Positions 30,705 to 40,243 of a DNA stretch of 64,000 nt are shown here, one piece after another. Source of the stretch: Thermoanaerobaculia bacterium (GTDB lineage Bacteria; Acidobacteriota; Thermoanaerobaculia; Gp7-AA8); assembly GCA_041748075.1 (NCBI GenBank), contig JBGTDX010000083.1, positions 16,383 through 80,382 of the forward strand, read 5' to 3'. Positions within the stretch are counted from its first letter, which is position 1, and the number at the start of each line of letters is the position of its first letter. The notes beneath the pieces were generated by a model. It was not told the origin of the DNA, did no database searches, and saw only the letters and a list, made by a program, of their open reading frames with translations. The position numbers were made by a program, and so were the translations under genes.

Positions 30705-31358
30705 ATGATGGCCATCATTCGATTCGGAGTTTTTGAGCTCGACCGGGGTCGGCGGATGCTCCTCCGAGAGGGTGCCGGTGTCCATCTTTCGCCTAAAGCC
30801 TTCAGGCTTCTCGAGGTCCTGATCGAGAGGAGACCCGACGCGATCTCCAAGCAGCAACTTCACGACGAGGTGTGGCCGGAGACGTTCGTGTCAGAATCGA
30901 ACTTGGCCGGTCTGATCACCGAGGTGCGCGGCGCACTTGGTGACGACGCGCGATCGCCTGCATTCATTCGAACCGTTCATGCGTTCGGGTACGCCTTCTG
31001 CGGGACCGATGTAAAGGCTGGATCTGAGCCGGGCGGATCAATCTCTGCGCTCGTGGAATGGAATGGGCGTCAGACCGCGCTCGCTGAGGGCGAGAACGTG
31101 ATTGGACGCGATGGCAGCGTGGCGGTGTTCATCGACGACTCGACGGTTTCGCGCCACCATGCGCGCATCACGGTGACGCCGGACAAAGCCACACTGGAGG
31201 ATCTGCGAAGCAAGAACGGAACATTCATCCGCGGCCAGAGGATTGAATCGGCCGACCTCGAAGATGGCTCCGAGTTTCACGTCGGCGGAGTCAAGGTTAT
31301 CTTTCGCCGAGCGCACGCCGATAGTTCCACGATGACACTCGATGTCTCACGCCGCTGA
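30705..31358 (+). CDS. transcriptional regulator: OmpR/CadC-type winged-helix DNA-binding domain plus C-terminal FHA domain
   Basis: The N-terminus IRFGVFELD...LSPKAFRLLEVL...TVHAFGYAF has the trans_reg_C pattern. The C-terminus GRDGSVAVFIDDSTVSRHHARI...NGTFIRGQRI has the FHA pattern. It is divergent from the TRAP operon. Confidence 0.7.
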   Translation: MMAIIRFGVFELDRGRRMLLREGAGVHLSPKAFRLLEVLIERRPDAISKQQLHDEVWPETFVSESNLAGLITEVRGALGDDARSPAFIRTVHAFGYAFCGTDVKAGSEPGGSISALVEWNGRQTALAEGENVIGRDGSVAVFIDDSTVSRHHARITVTPDKATLEDLRSKNGTFIRGQRIESADLEDGSEFHVGGVKVIFRRAHADSSTMTLDVSRR

Positions 31359-31372
31359 ATCCCTGGAGAATT

Positions 31373-31756
31373 TCATCTCTCCGGAGTGTCCTGCGGCCGA
31401 TCCTCACTCCGCTCCTCATGACGTCTGGAGTCCTCACCAGGAGTGTCCTCCTCGACGAGCGTCAACAAAAGGCGAGACGGAACCTGCTCCCACATCGCAC
31501 CGGTGAGTGCATCCAGGCCCACTCCCACTGCCGTGAAGAGCCCGAGGACCAGCCCGTCCTTTAGCGACTCCGCCTTCTCCATGAGCACGAAATTGTCATC
31601 CACCGAATCGGAGGTCACACGGGTGAGAGTCACCGTCTGGTCCGCGTAGCCCGGAAACGACAGAGTCAAGCTGCAGCGGGTGGCACGACGGCTGACCCAG
31701 ACCGTAGCGGGAGTTCGCAGGCGAGCGGCTCGCCATCCACCGCAATCCGGCGCCAC
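31373..31756 (-). CDS. hypothetical membrane protein (possible PEGA-like segment plus one TM)
   Basis: ORF only; weak. Confidence 0.3.
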   Translation of the reverse strand: MAPDCGGWRAARLRTPATVWVSRRATRCSLTLSFPGYADQTVTLTRVTSDSVDDNFVLMEKAESLKDGLVLGLFTAVGVGLDALTGAMWEQVPSRLLLTLVEEDTPGEDSRRHEERSEDRPQDTPER

Positions 31757-31797
31757 CGCTACCTGGAAAGGATGGACGCGAGTCGAATCTCCATTGC

Positions 31798-32244
31798 TTG
31801 CGCTGGAGTAAGTTCGCCGGAGTCCTCGCTCTGCTGATCGTGAAATCAGCCTTCGCGGAAAGCCTCGGTGAGGTTCGGCAATCGTTGGGCGAGCTGCGGG
31901 GGCTCTCGCCGATCGCCGCGCACATCGAAACGGAAGGGACGGAGATCAACGGAAAGGAGAAAAAGGAATTCAGGCTAAGTTCGTTGATCGAACATGACGG
32001 TACGACACTTCGCGTCGTTTACTCGAAGACAGAGCCGGCCGAGTCAGCTCCGAAAAAGCGCAAGTCCGCCGGTAATGAAGGTGAGGGCGACGATTCGCCA
32101 CGAGGCTGGAGTGGGATCAGCCTCCGCCCTTGGCCAAACGAGCAGATTCACAAGCTCGACAACGGTGACCATTCGAGAGTGATGTCGGTAACGCAATCTC
32201 GATGGCACTGTCGAATCTGCCTGCGAAATATTCACGTTCGATAG
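31798..32244 (+). CDS. hypothetical secreted protein
   Basis: N-terminal signal peptide (LALLIVKSAFA); no recognisable domain. Confidence 0.35.
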   Translation: MRWSKFAGVLALLIVKSAFAESLGEVRQSLGELRGLSPIAAHIETEGTEINGKEKKEFRLSSLIEHDGTTLRVVYSKTEPAESAPKKRKSAGNEGEGDDSPRGWSGISLRPWPNEQIHKLDNGDHSRVMSVTQSRWHCRICLRNIHVR

Positions 32245-32287
32245 TGATCGCAGATTACTTTTTTGGCCTTTAAACCATTGAAAAGGT

Positions 32288-32363
32288 TGGCTGTGGCGGC
32301 AGGATTCGAACCTGCAACCTACGGATTAACAATCCGCCGCTCTACCAGTTGAGCTACACCACA
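32288..32363 (-). tRNA. tRNA-Asn (anticodon GTT), CCA encoded
   Basis: Hand-folded cloverleaf: acceptor TGTGGTG/CGCCACA, D-arm GCTC..GAGC, anticodon arm GCGGA-TTGTTAA-TCCGT, T-arm GCAGG-TTCGAAT-CCTGC, discriminator G; 76 nt. Confidence 0.8.
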
Positions 32364-32409
32364 TCACCGGGAGCGGCATTGTAGGTGATACGCGGCCCGG
32401 GACCAATGT

Positions 32410-32904
32410 TCAGGCGTCCTCACGAGTGTACTCGTCAGGAATGGCCAGATCCTTCCGCTCGATCTCCCACATGATATTGAGCGCTGCCCAGCCGTGCCCC
32501 TGCTTGAGGAGCTGGATACTGTTGATACCGCGCTCGAAAGGCCTGGGCTCGTCCGCGAGACTCGACTCGTAGGTGCTGAACACGTGCGCGACGTTACCGA
32601 AGGCTTCCACGCTCCGGAACACCTCACGCTGGAAGAACCCCCTCCTTTCGAGCTCGCTTCCCGTGATGATTCCCTGCGACCTTTCCAGGAAAGGCTCGAC
32701 ATCAAGCACCTCGGCCGCCAACGAGTCGTCGGCCCGCGGCGGTGTGATCCGCGCGCGCGGATGGAACAGGGTGCGCAGGCGCCGGTAATCAGGCAGCTTG
32801 CCGGCTGCGAAGGAAATGCTCGCGTAATAGGCACGGATGATCGCGTCGATCGATTCGAGATCTTCGAGTTTGGGCTCCGGCATAGGCTCTGAGCTCCTCA
32901 GCAT
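32410..32904 (-). CDS. hypothetical protein
   Basis: ORF only; 164 aa with no recognisable motif. Confidence 0.4.
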   Translation of the reverse strand: MLRSSEPMPEPKLEDLESIDAIIRAYYASISFAAGKLPDYRRLRTLFHPRARITPPRADDSLAAEVLDVEPFLERSQGIITGSELERRGFFQREVFRSVEAFGNVAHVFSTYESSLADEPRPFERGINSIQLLKQGHGWAALNIMWEIERKDLAIPDEYTREDA

Positions 32905-33000
32905 TCTGAGATCGAAAGATCAGCAAAACGTGGGCCCGAACACGCTCCGGAATGACTCAAAGGCGTCAGACCCGTTAGAATCCGCAACCAAGGAGAACCG

Positions 33001-33804
33001 ATGCCCACGATGACCGAATCCACGTCCACCACAACCGACCCTTTCGTACTCGCCGGAAAGACCTTCGAGTCCCGGCTGATCGTCGGGACGGGCAAGTATC
33101 CGACCATGGAGTTGATGGCCGAGGCGCTCGAGGCTTCAGGCGCAGAAATGGTGACGGTAGCCGTGCGGCGTACCTCGATCGCCGACGCGTCCCAGCCGCG
33201 CCTGTTCGATTACATCGACGCGAAGAAGTACTTTCTCCTGCCGAACACGGCTGGTTGCTACACGGCCGAAGACGCCATTCGCTACGCCCGTCTGGGTCGG
33301 GAAGTCGGTCTTTCCGAATGGGTCAAGCTCGAAGTGATCGGCGATCCGAAGACGCTGTTCCCCGACAACGAAGCGCTTCTGGATGCGGCGAAAGTACTTC
33401 TCGACGAGGGCTTCGTGGTGCTGCCATACACCAACGATGATCCGATCGTCTGCAGAAAGCTCCAGGATATGGGCTGTGCGGCAGTCATGCCTCTGGGAGC
33501 GCCGATAGGATCAGGTCTCGGGGTGAGGAACACGGCCAACATACGGATCATCCGCGAGTTCTCTACCGTACCGGTAATTCTCGACGCAGGGGTCGGCACG
33601 GCATCCGACGCAACGATCGCCATGGAGCTCGGTGTCGATGCCGTTCTGATGAATACAGGCATTGCCGGCGCGCAGGATCCGGTCGCGATGGCGAGGGCGA
33701 TGAATCACGCTGTCAAGGCTGGACGTCTTGCGTACAGAGCGGGACGGATGGAGCGCAAGCTCTACGCGACGGCGTCGAGTCCACTGTCGGGCATGATCGA
33801 GTAG
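33001..33804 (+). CDS. thiG: thiazole synthase
   Basis: Full-length ThiG signature (LIVGTGKY...LPNTAGC...[11 protein letters not shown]); AGGAGA RBS. Confidence 0.9.
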   Translation: MPTMTESTSTTTDPFVLAGKTFESRLIVGTGKYPTMELMAEALEASGAEMVTVAVRRTSIADASQPRLFDYIDAKKYFLLPNTAGCYTAEDAIRYARLGREVGLSEWVKLEVIGDPKTLFPDNEALLDAAKVLLDEGFVVLPYTNDDPIVCRKLQDMGCAAVMPLGAPIGSGLGVRNTANIRIIREFSTVPVILDAGVGTASDATIAMELGVDAVLMNTGIAGAQDPVAMARAMNHAVKAGRLAYRAGRMERKLYATASSPLSGMIE

Positions 33805-33831
33805 GAGGCGCAGCGCGATCGCAACAATGAC

Positions 33832-34620
33832 CTACCGGAACTTTCGGCTCAGCCGGTCCCGGCTGAGGCTGTCCACTTCCGCAAGGATGGGGTTCAGAAT
33901 TTCACGCTGCTTGTCGATGAGCTGAGCGATCCCTGAGCGGCCGAGCGAGAGCATCCCCTGCAGTTCTTCATCGCTGAACGTCGCCCCCTCGGCAGTGGCC
34001 TGCAGCTCGATGAACCGCATTTTGTCGGTTGCAACGATGTTCATGTCGACGCCGGCTTTCGAATCCTCGATGTAATTGAGATCGAGTACCGGAATTCCAT
34101 CGACCACGCCGACCGAAACGGCGGCGACCCACTCCCGGATTGGCCAGGAAACGATCTTTCCGTTCACGTAGAGCTTGCCAAGCGCGAGCCCCAGAGCGAC
34201 GAATGCGCCGGTGATCGACGCTGTGCGCGTTCCACCATCTGCCTGGATCACATCGCAATCGATCCAGATCGTTCGTTCTCCGAGCTTCTCCAGATCCACG
34301 GCAGCCCGGAGAGATCTGCCGATGAGCCGCTGAATCTCCATCGTGCGGCCACCCTGCTTGCCTTTGGTCGCCTCCCGCTGGGTCCTGTCGGAGGTCGCAC
34401 GCGGCAGCATTCCGTATTCGGAAGTGATCCATCCCTTTCCCGTCCGATACAGAAACGAAGGAACTTTCTCCTCGATCGAGGCGGTGCAGATGACCCGGGT
34501 CTCACCGACTTCGATCAGCACCGACCCTTCGGCATGCGTGGTGAAACCGGGACGAAGAATGATGGGACGCAACTCGTCGGCCGCGCGGCCGTCAACACGT
34601 TGTTTCGGATTCGAGGACAT
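33832..34620 (-). CDS. rph: ribonuclease PH
   Basis: [13 protein letters not shown]...[16 protein letters not shown]...[13 protein letters not shown] signature. Confidence 0.9.
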   Translation of the reverse strand: MSSNPKQRVDGRAADELRPIILRPGFTTHAEGSVLIEVGETRVICTASIEEKVPSFLYRTGKGWITSEYGMLPRATSDRTQREATKGKQGGRTMEIQRLIGRSLRAAVDLEKLGERTIWIDCDVIQADGGTRTASITGAFVALGLALGKLYVNGKIVSWPIREWVAAVSVGVVDGIPVLDLNYIEDSKAGVDMNIVATDKMRFIELQATAEGATFSDEELQGMLSLGRSGIAQLIDKQREILNPILAEVDSLSRDRLSRKFR

Positions 34621-34632
34621 TGGGCTCCTGGG

Positions 34633-34719
34633 GAGAATTAAGAATTCAGAATTCAGAATCAGAATTCAGAATGAAGGCCGTTCCCCTTTCTGAATTCTTG
34701 ATTCTAAATTCTCAATTTC
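34633..34719. repeat. long imperfect hairpin with GAATTCA/GAATCA heptamer-repeat arms between the glgC stop and the rph start
   Basis: gagaattaagaattcagaattcagaatcagaattcagaatgaagg ... ctttctgaattcttgattctaaattctcaatttc; the stem is about 35 bp. Confidence 0.6.
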
Positions 34720-34722
34720 GTT

Positions 34723-35973
34723 TCACGGCTCCACGACCGTGCCCTTCGGCACGACGACGATTCCGGTATCGGTCACCGTGAAGCGTTCGCGGTCGTGTTC
34801 GAGGTCGTAACCAATGGTGATGTTCGGAGGAACCTTGACGCCTTTGTCAATGATGGTTTTTTTGATTCGCGAGTGCCGTCCGACCTCGACGCCGTCCATG
34901 AGAATCGATTCGTGGACATCGGAGAAGGAGTGAATTTTGACCCGCGGAAAGAGGATCGAGCGGTTGATCGTCCCCCCCGAGATGATGACCCCGTCCGACA
35001 CCATCGAATCCGTCGCCTGTCCGACCCTCTTGGTATTCGCTTCGGCGAATACGAACTTAGCAGGCGGAAGATGCAACGCCGAAGAGACGATCGGCCAGCT
35101 CGGGTTGTAGAGGTTGAAAAGCGGGGTGACGGCGATCAGATCCATCGAAGCCGCGTAATACGATTCGATCGTTCCGACGTCGCGCCAGTATCCCTGGTTG
35201 AAGTCATCCTCTCCAGGCACCATGTTCGTCCCGAAGTCGTAGGCATATACTTTCATCGTGGGATACATCAGCGGAATGACTTCCTTGCCGAAGTCGTGCG
35301 CGGAATCCCGCAGAGCGTTGCGCTCGAGCACGTCGGTCATGACTCTGGATTTGAAGATGTAGTTCCCCATCGATGCCAGAACCATGTCGGGCCGTCCCGG
35401 GATCGTCTTCGCTCCCGATTTCGGTTTCTCGACGAAGCCGGTTACCCGGAAGTCGTCATCGATCTCCACAATGCCGAACGAATGCGCCTCCTCGAGCGGG
35501 ACCGGAATCGTCGCGATCGTAAGGTCAGCGTCGATATCGAGATGGTTCTGCATCATGTGGTTCACATCCATCTTGTAGATGTGGTCGCCGCCGAAAACGC
35601 AAACCTGTTCCGGACGTTCGTCGAAGATGAGCTCGAGGTTCTGGTACACGGCGTCCGCTGTTCCTCGGAACCAGAAGGGACCCTTCCGCATCTGAGCCGG
35701 AACGACGTCCACATATTGTCCGATCTCCGGAACCAGCCGCCAGGTTCGGGTGATGTGCTCGATCAGGGATGTCGACTTGAACTGCGTCAGCACCTTGACT
35801 TTGAAGAATCCCGAATTGATGAAATTGTTCAGCGCGAAATCGATGATGCGGTAGCGCCCTCCGAAGGGCACAGCGGGTTTGGCACGGTCCCGAGTCAGCG
35901 GATACAGCCGTTCTCCCATGCCGCCCGCGAGCACCATCGTGAGAACATTTCTGTACCCTAAAGAACCGTGCAT
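34723..35973 (-). CDS. glgC: glucose-1-phosphate adenylyltransferase
   Basis: LAGGMGERLYPLTRDRAKPAVPFGGRYRIIDF signature; 416 aa. Confidence 0.9.
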   Translation of the reverse strand: MHGSLGYRNVLTMVLAGGMGERLYPLTRDRAKPAVPFGGRYRIIDFALNNFINSGFFKVKVLTQFKSTSLIEHITRTWRLVPEIGQYVDVVPAQMRKGPFWFRGTADAVYQNLELIFDERPEQVCVFGGDHIYKMDVNHMMQNHLDIDADLTIATIPVPLEEAHSFGIVEIDDDFRVTGFVEKPKSGAKTIPGRPDMVLASMGNYIFKSRVMTDVLERNALRDSAHDFGKEVIPLMYPTMKVYAYDFGTNMVPGEDDFNQGYWRDVGTIESYYAASMDLIAVTPLFNLYNPSWPIVSSALHLPPAKFVFAEANTKRVGQATDSMVSDGVIISGGTINRSILFPRVKIHSFSDVHESILMDGVEVGRHSRIKKTIIDKGVKVPPNITIGYDLEHDRERFTVTDTGIVVVPKGTVVEP

Positions 35974-36089
35974 GATTTTTCCTCGGTCAGCAGATCACAA
36001 CTTCCCTGAAAAGGGAACCGGATCCGTCACCGGGCCATAAAGATCCGTCGAACCCTGAATGCAGATTCTCTTATGATCTAATTCGCGCT

Positions 36090-37130
36090 ATGGCCCGTAA
36101 GAACTACTACGAAATTCTTGGTGTCAAGAACGATGCCAGCGAGGCCGACATCAAGAAGGCCTATCGGAAACTCGCCCGAAAATATCATCCCGACGTCAAT
36201 CAGGGAAAGAGTGAAGCCGAAACTCGATTCAAGGAAATCTCGGAAGCTTACGCCGTTCTTAGCGACAAGGAAAAGCGGGAACAATACGACCTCGGAGATT
36301 CTCAGGGATTCCCGTTCGGACAGCAGGCTGGAGGGCCCGGCGGTCCGGGCGCCGGCTTCGACTTCTCGCAGTTCATGGGAGGCGCCAGAGGAGGGCGTGG
36401 GCGTCGCGCGCAGACTGGTGGCGCCGACTTTCGCGACATCTTCTCGGATCTGTTCAGCGGTGCGGGAGGCGGAGGCGGAGGGTTCGGACAGACTGCGCCC
36501 CTTCGCGGCAGCGACGTGGAAGCCGAAGTCACCATCGATTTCCGCGACGCCATTCAGGGGACCGAGCTCCAGCTGACCATTCCGAGACAGAAGGAATGCC
36601 CCACGTGTCAGGGACTGGGCCATGTCGGGAACAACGTCTGCAATACCTGTCGTGGGTCGGGCGTGATCACCTCGACTGATTCATCCCGCGTCAAGCTCCC
36701 TCAGGGAGTTGCCGACCGGCAGCGGGTGCGCCTGCGCGGAAAAGGCTCAGCGGGAATTCATGGCGGTCCCCCGGGTGACCTGCTGGTCCGCGTCCACGTG
36801 AAACCCCACACATTCTTTGAACGGAAAGGCGACAACATCCACACTGAGATTCCCATCACCATCCGCGAAGCGATTCGCGGAGCCGAGATTGAAATTCCGA
36901 CCATCCAGGGCCCCGTTCGCGCAAAGATTCCCCCGGGAACCCAGGGAGGCCAGACTTTCAGACTCAGCGGGAAGGGTGTTCGACGGGCGAAGGGATCCGC
37001 GGGCGATCACTTTTACAAAGTGCAGATCGCAGTTCCCGGAAAGCTCGATCCGGATGGTGAGAGCGCAGTAGATTCACTCGAGAAGCAGTACGAAGCGAAT
37101 CCCCGGTCGAATCTGAAGGGGACACTTTGA
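36090..37130 (+). CDS. dnaJ: DnaJ-family molecular chaperone
   Basis: J domain with HPD ([13 protein letters not shown]), G/F-rich linker, CxxCxGxG zinc-finger repeats, and a C-terminal substrate-binding region. Confidence 0.8.
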   Translation: MARKNYYEILGVKNDASEADIKKAYRKLARKYHPDVNQGKSEAETRFKEISEAYAVLSDKEKREQYDLGDSQGFPFGQQAGGPGGPGAGFDFSQFMGGARGGRGRRAQTGGADFRDIFSDLFSGAGGGGGGFGQTAPLRGSDVEAEVTIDFRDAIQGTELQLTIPRQKECPTCQGLGHVGNNVCNTCRGSGVITSTDSSRVKLPQGVADRQRVRLRGKGSAGIHGGPPGDLLVRVHVKPHTFFERKGDNIHTEIPITIREAIRGAEIEIPTIQGPVRAKIPPGTQGGQTFRLSGKGVRRAKGSAGDHFYKVQIAVPGKLDPDGESAVDSLEKQYEANPRSNLKGTL

Positions 37131-37870
37131 CAGTCCCGGAGAAGCGAGTGATTCCGACAGGACAGATCTTCGTCATCGGCGATTCCCATATCGGCCTGAC
37201 TGACGGCGACGAGCAACCCATCGTCAAATGGCTCGACCGTCTGTCCGCCATCAGGCCTTCAGCGCTGTACCTGAACGGTGATGTCTTTCACTACCTGATC
37301 GGAGACCGAAAGTTCTTCACCCACTCAGTTCACAAGTTCTTCGCCAGACTCCGCGAGCTCAAAGCAGCGGGCGTTGAAGTTCACTACGTGGAGGGCAACC
37401 GCGACTTCTTCCTCGAGGGCACTCTCGCCGAAGAGTCGGTCACCGACCTCGGAACATCCGCCACATTCGAGGCCGGTCCGCACCGGTACCTCGTCATTCA
37501 TGGAGACATGATCAATGACCGCGATTACCAGTACCGGATGTGGAGACGCGTTTCGAAAAACCCGTTCATGCGCGCCGGTGTCCGCCTGGTCCCGGGACCA
37601 ATCGCCCGAAGATTCGTCCACCAGATGGAAAAAACCCTCGCAAAATCCAATTTCAAGCACAAGCGCCGCCTTCCCATCGAATTGATGGAAGCCTACGGAC
37701 GAAAGCAGCACGTCAACGGCTACGACAGGATCATTTTCGGGCACTTCCACCACAAGACGATCGTGCCCGCTGGCGAGGCCACGGTCTGCGTACTCCCAGC
37801 CTGGTACGAAAGCGGCGAAGCTCTGATGGTCTCGCCGGAAACGGGGGAGTACGAATTTGTGAAGATATGA
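37127..37870 (+). CDS. calcineurin-like metallophosphoesterase, LpxH-like (UDP-2,3-diacylglucosamine diphosphatase candidate)
   Basis: GDSHIG ... NGDVFHY ... GNRDFF ... HGD ... GHFH metallophosphoesterase motifs; 4-bp overlap with dnaJ. Confidence 0.65.
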   Translation: MTVPEKRVIPTGQIFVIGDSHIGLTDGDEQPIVKWLDRLSAIRPSALYLNGDVFHYLIGDRKFFTHSVHKFFARLRELKAAGVEVHYVEGNRDFFLEGTLAEESVTDLGTSATFEAGPHRYLVIHGDMINDRDYQYRMWRRVSKNPFMRAGVRLVPGPIARRFVHQMEKTLAKSNFKHKRRLPIELMEAYGRKQHVNGYDRIIFGHFHHKTIVPAGEATVCVLPAWYESGEALMVSPETGEYEFVKI

Positions 37871-37875
37871 TTTGC

Positions 37876-37915
37876 GGGAGTAGACAGTAGGCCGCCCGCC
37901 CCTTGTCTACTGTTC
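37876..37915. repeat. hairpin AGTAGACA-n17-TGTCTACT carrying the same TACTGTC/GACAGTA unit as the 2501-2580 element
   Basis: Read directly, immediately after the lpxH-like stop. Confidence 0.4.
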
Positions 37916-38009
37916 ATTGTCCACTGCGTGGCTCCTGTTTTCGGAAAAAGTGAATTGAGCCGTATCGGGTGGTGGGCTACTGTCAATTGGTTAACGTGCA
38001 ACTGAAATC

Positions 38010-38777
38010 ATGAAAATCTCCTTCCTCGGTAGCGGCACATCCACGGGCGTTCCCGTCATCGGTTGTCGGTGCGCGGTATGCACATCAGGCGTTCCGGAGA
38101 ATCAGCGGCTTCGCCAATCGGTGCGGGTCGAAGCCGGCGGGCTGTTCGGATTGATCGACACCACTCCCGACCTGCGGCAGCAGATCCTTCGCTGCCCGAT
38201 GCCCCGGCTCGACTTCATTCTTTACACTCACTCCCACTCCGATCACATCATGGGGCTCGACGACATCAGACCCTTCAATTTCCGGCAGCGCGAGGCGATC
38301 ACCGCATATGCCAACCCGATGACGGCGAAGGCCATTCGGCGTGCTTTCCGCTATATATGGGACGAGAGCCAGCTCGGCGGTGGCAAACCGCAACTCGATC
38401 TCCGCGAAGTAGAGCAACCATTCATGCACGACGGGCTGGAGATCATTCCCATTCCTGTGGCTCACGGGGACTGGACGATTCTCGGCTACCGGATCGGACC
38501 TTTTGCGTACATTACCGATACGAACGGGATCCCTGAAGCTTCGATGAAAATGCTCGAGGGTGTCGACACCCTCGCGCTCGACGGCCTTCGTCCGGCGCCC
38601 CGGCACAGCACACACTTCACGATTCATGAAGCAGTCGATGTGGCAAGCCGGATCGGTGCGCGCGCCACATGGCTGATCCACCTGGCGCACGAAGTCGATC
38701 ATCACGTCGTGGAAGCAGGGCTGCCCGAGTCTTTTCGTCTCGCATACGACGGGCTCGAGCTGGAGTTCGCAGATTGA
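38010..38777 (+). CDS. MBL-fold metallo-hydrolase (PhnP/YhfI-like)
   Basis: HSHSDH metallo-beta-lactamase motif with downstream His/Asp ligands. Confidence 0.7.
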   Translation: MKISFLGSGTSTGVPVIGCRCAVCTSGVPENQRLRQSVRVEAGGLFGLIDTTPDLRQQILRCPMPRLDFILYTHSHSDHIMGLDDIRPFNFRQREAITAYANPMTAKAIRRAFRYIWDESQLGGGKPQLDLREVEQPFMHDGLEIIPIPVAHGDWTILGYRIGPFAYITDTNGIPEASMKMLEGVDTLALDGLRPAPRHSTHFTIHEAVDVASRIGARATWLIHLAHEVDHHVVEAGLPESFRLAYDGLELEFAD

Positions 38778-38799
38778 CCACCAATTTCCACCACTGACG

Positions 38800-40110
38800 A
38801 TGAAAACCATCCCGAAGATACCCCCCGCGAGAGGAACGATTCGCGTCCCCCCGTCGAAATCCGCCACTGCTCGCGCTCTGCTTCTGGCGGCAATGTCCTC
38901 CGGGCAGACCACGATCCGAAATCCTCTCGATTCCGATGACACGCGCTACATGCTCGAAGCGATCCGAAAGATCGGTTTCGAGGTGTCTGGAACATTCGCA
39001 ACGGCGCTGACCATCGGCGAGCGGGTGAGCATGTCCGCGAACGATGTCGAGATCGATGTCGGTATGGCGGGCACGGCCATGCGTTTCCTCACCGGGTTTC
39101 TCAGCTTCACGCCGGGCCGCTACATCCTGAAAGGTGACGAGCGCATGCACGAGCGTCCCATCGGCGATCTCGTCGATGCCCTCCGTACCTGCTCCGCGGA
39201 GATCGAGTATCTGGGACAGGAGGGCTTCCCTCCACTTCAAATCCGGGGAAAGATCGTCCGCGGCGGCTTCGAGACGTCGGTCGATGCATCCACATCGAGC
39301 CAGTTCGTGTCGTCGGTCATGATGGCAGCCACGCGGCTTCCCGGCGGTATCACCATCAGAGTTGAATCGCCGGTTTCGCAGCCCTACCTGGACCTCACCG
39401 CCGCCATGCTGGTCTCGTTCGGCGCGCACGTGGAGCAGCTCGAAGCGGGAGGAGTGAGGGTATCGGCCGGAGCGATGAATCTCGAGGAATTCGTCGTCGA
39501 AGGGGACTACTCCTCCGCCTCCTACTGGCTTGCTGCCGCTGCCGCCAGCGAAGGTGAAGTGATTCTCGAGGGACTCTCGCCTGCGAGCGTGCAGGGTGAT
39601 GCAGCCTTCATCGACCTCCTCGTGCAACTCGGTTGCTCTGCGTCATGGGAAACAGAACGCCTGTATTTCCGAGGGGCGAAGAAACTCGGTGGCGGCAAAT
39701 TCGACATGAACCGGATGCCGGACGTGGTCCCGACACTCGCTGCAATCGCTCCGCTCGCATCAGCGCCGATCGAGATCTCGAACGTCGCAAACCTCAAGGT
39801 CAAAGAGTCGAATCGCCTCGAGGCAATCGCTTCGGAGCTGGCGAAGCTCGGCGCACGCTGCGAGACGCGTGAGGACGGACTTCTCATCCATCCGGGTTGG
39901 AGCGACTCCGCAGCATCCATCGATCCCCATGGGGATCACCGGATCGCCATGGGATTCGCCATCGCGGGACTCGCACGCGGCAACGTCTCCATCGAGGACG
40001 AACGAGTGGTCTCGAAGTCGTACCCGCGATTCTGGCGCACGCTCGACGAACTGGTAGAGAGCTCCGGTCACGCCGCCGAAAGCCCGCAGCCTGCCCCTCC
40101 GGCTATTTGA
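38800..40110 (+). CDS. aroA: 3-phosphoshikimate 1-carboxyvinyltransferase (EPSP synthase)
   Basis: PPSKSATARALLLAA...DDTRYMLEA and a full-length 436-aa EPSP synthase pattern. Confidence 0.9.
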   Translation: MKTIPKIPPARGTIRVPPSKSATARALLLAAMSSGQTTIRNPLDSDDTRYMLEAIRKIGFEVSGTFATALTIGERVSMSANDVEIDVGMAGTAMRFLTGFLSFTPGRYILKGDERMHERPIGDLVDALRTCSAEIEYLGQEGFPPLQIRGKIVRGGFETSVDASTSSQFVSSVMMAATRLPGGITIRVESPVSQPYLDLTAAMLVSFGAHVEQLEAGGVRVSAGAMNLEEFVVEGDYSSASYWLAAAAASEGEVILEGLSPASVQGDAAFIDLLVQLGCSASWETERLYFRGAKKLGGGKFDMNRMPDVVPTLAAIAPLASAPIEISNVANLKVKESNRLEAIASELAKLGARCETREDGLLIHPGWSDSAASIDPHGDHRIAMGFAIAGLARGNVSIEDERVVSKSYPRFWRTLDELVESSGHAAESPQPAPPAI

Positions 40111-40243
40111 TTTGTGTCCTGGATTCGCATCTAATCCCCCAGGCCGCACTTCCATGCTGCGACAAACCCGACGAGGCTCCTGATTGCCAGCCACGAATCC
40201 TTCGCACATTCACCGCAGATCGCGGCTTCCGGCAGAGTGCTGA

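Noticed and set aside
32905-33000. Possible TPP riboswitch upstream of thiG
   Set aside because: The leader contains CUGAGA and a GAUC-GAAA-GAUC mini-hairpin, but the order and spacing of the conserved TPP-riboswitch elements (GGGGUGC ... CUGAGA ... ACCUGAUCUGGAUAAUGCCAGCGUAGGGAA) are not present. It would need an Infernal scan to be sure.
35974-36089. CIRCE (HrcA) element upstream of dnaJ
   Set aside because: No TTAGCACTC-N9-GAGTGCTAA-like inverted repeat is present in the glgC/dnaJ divergent region.
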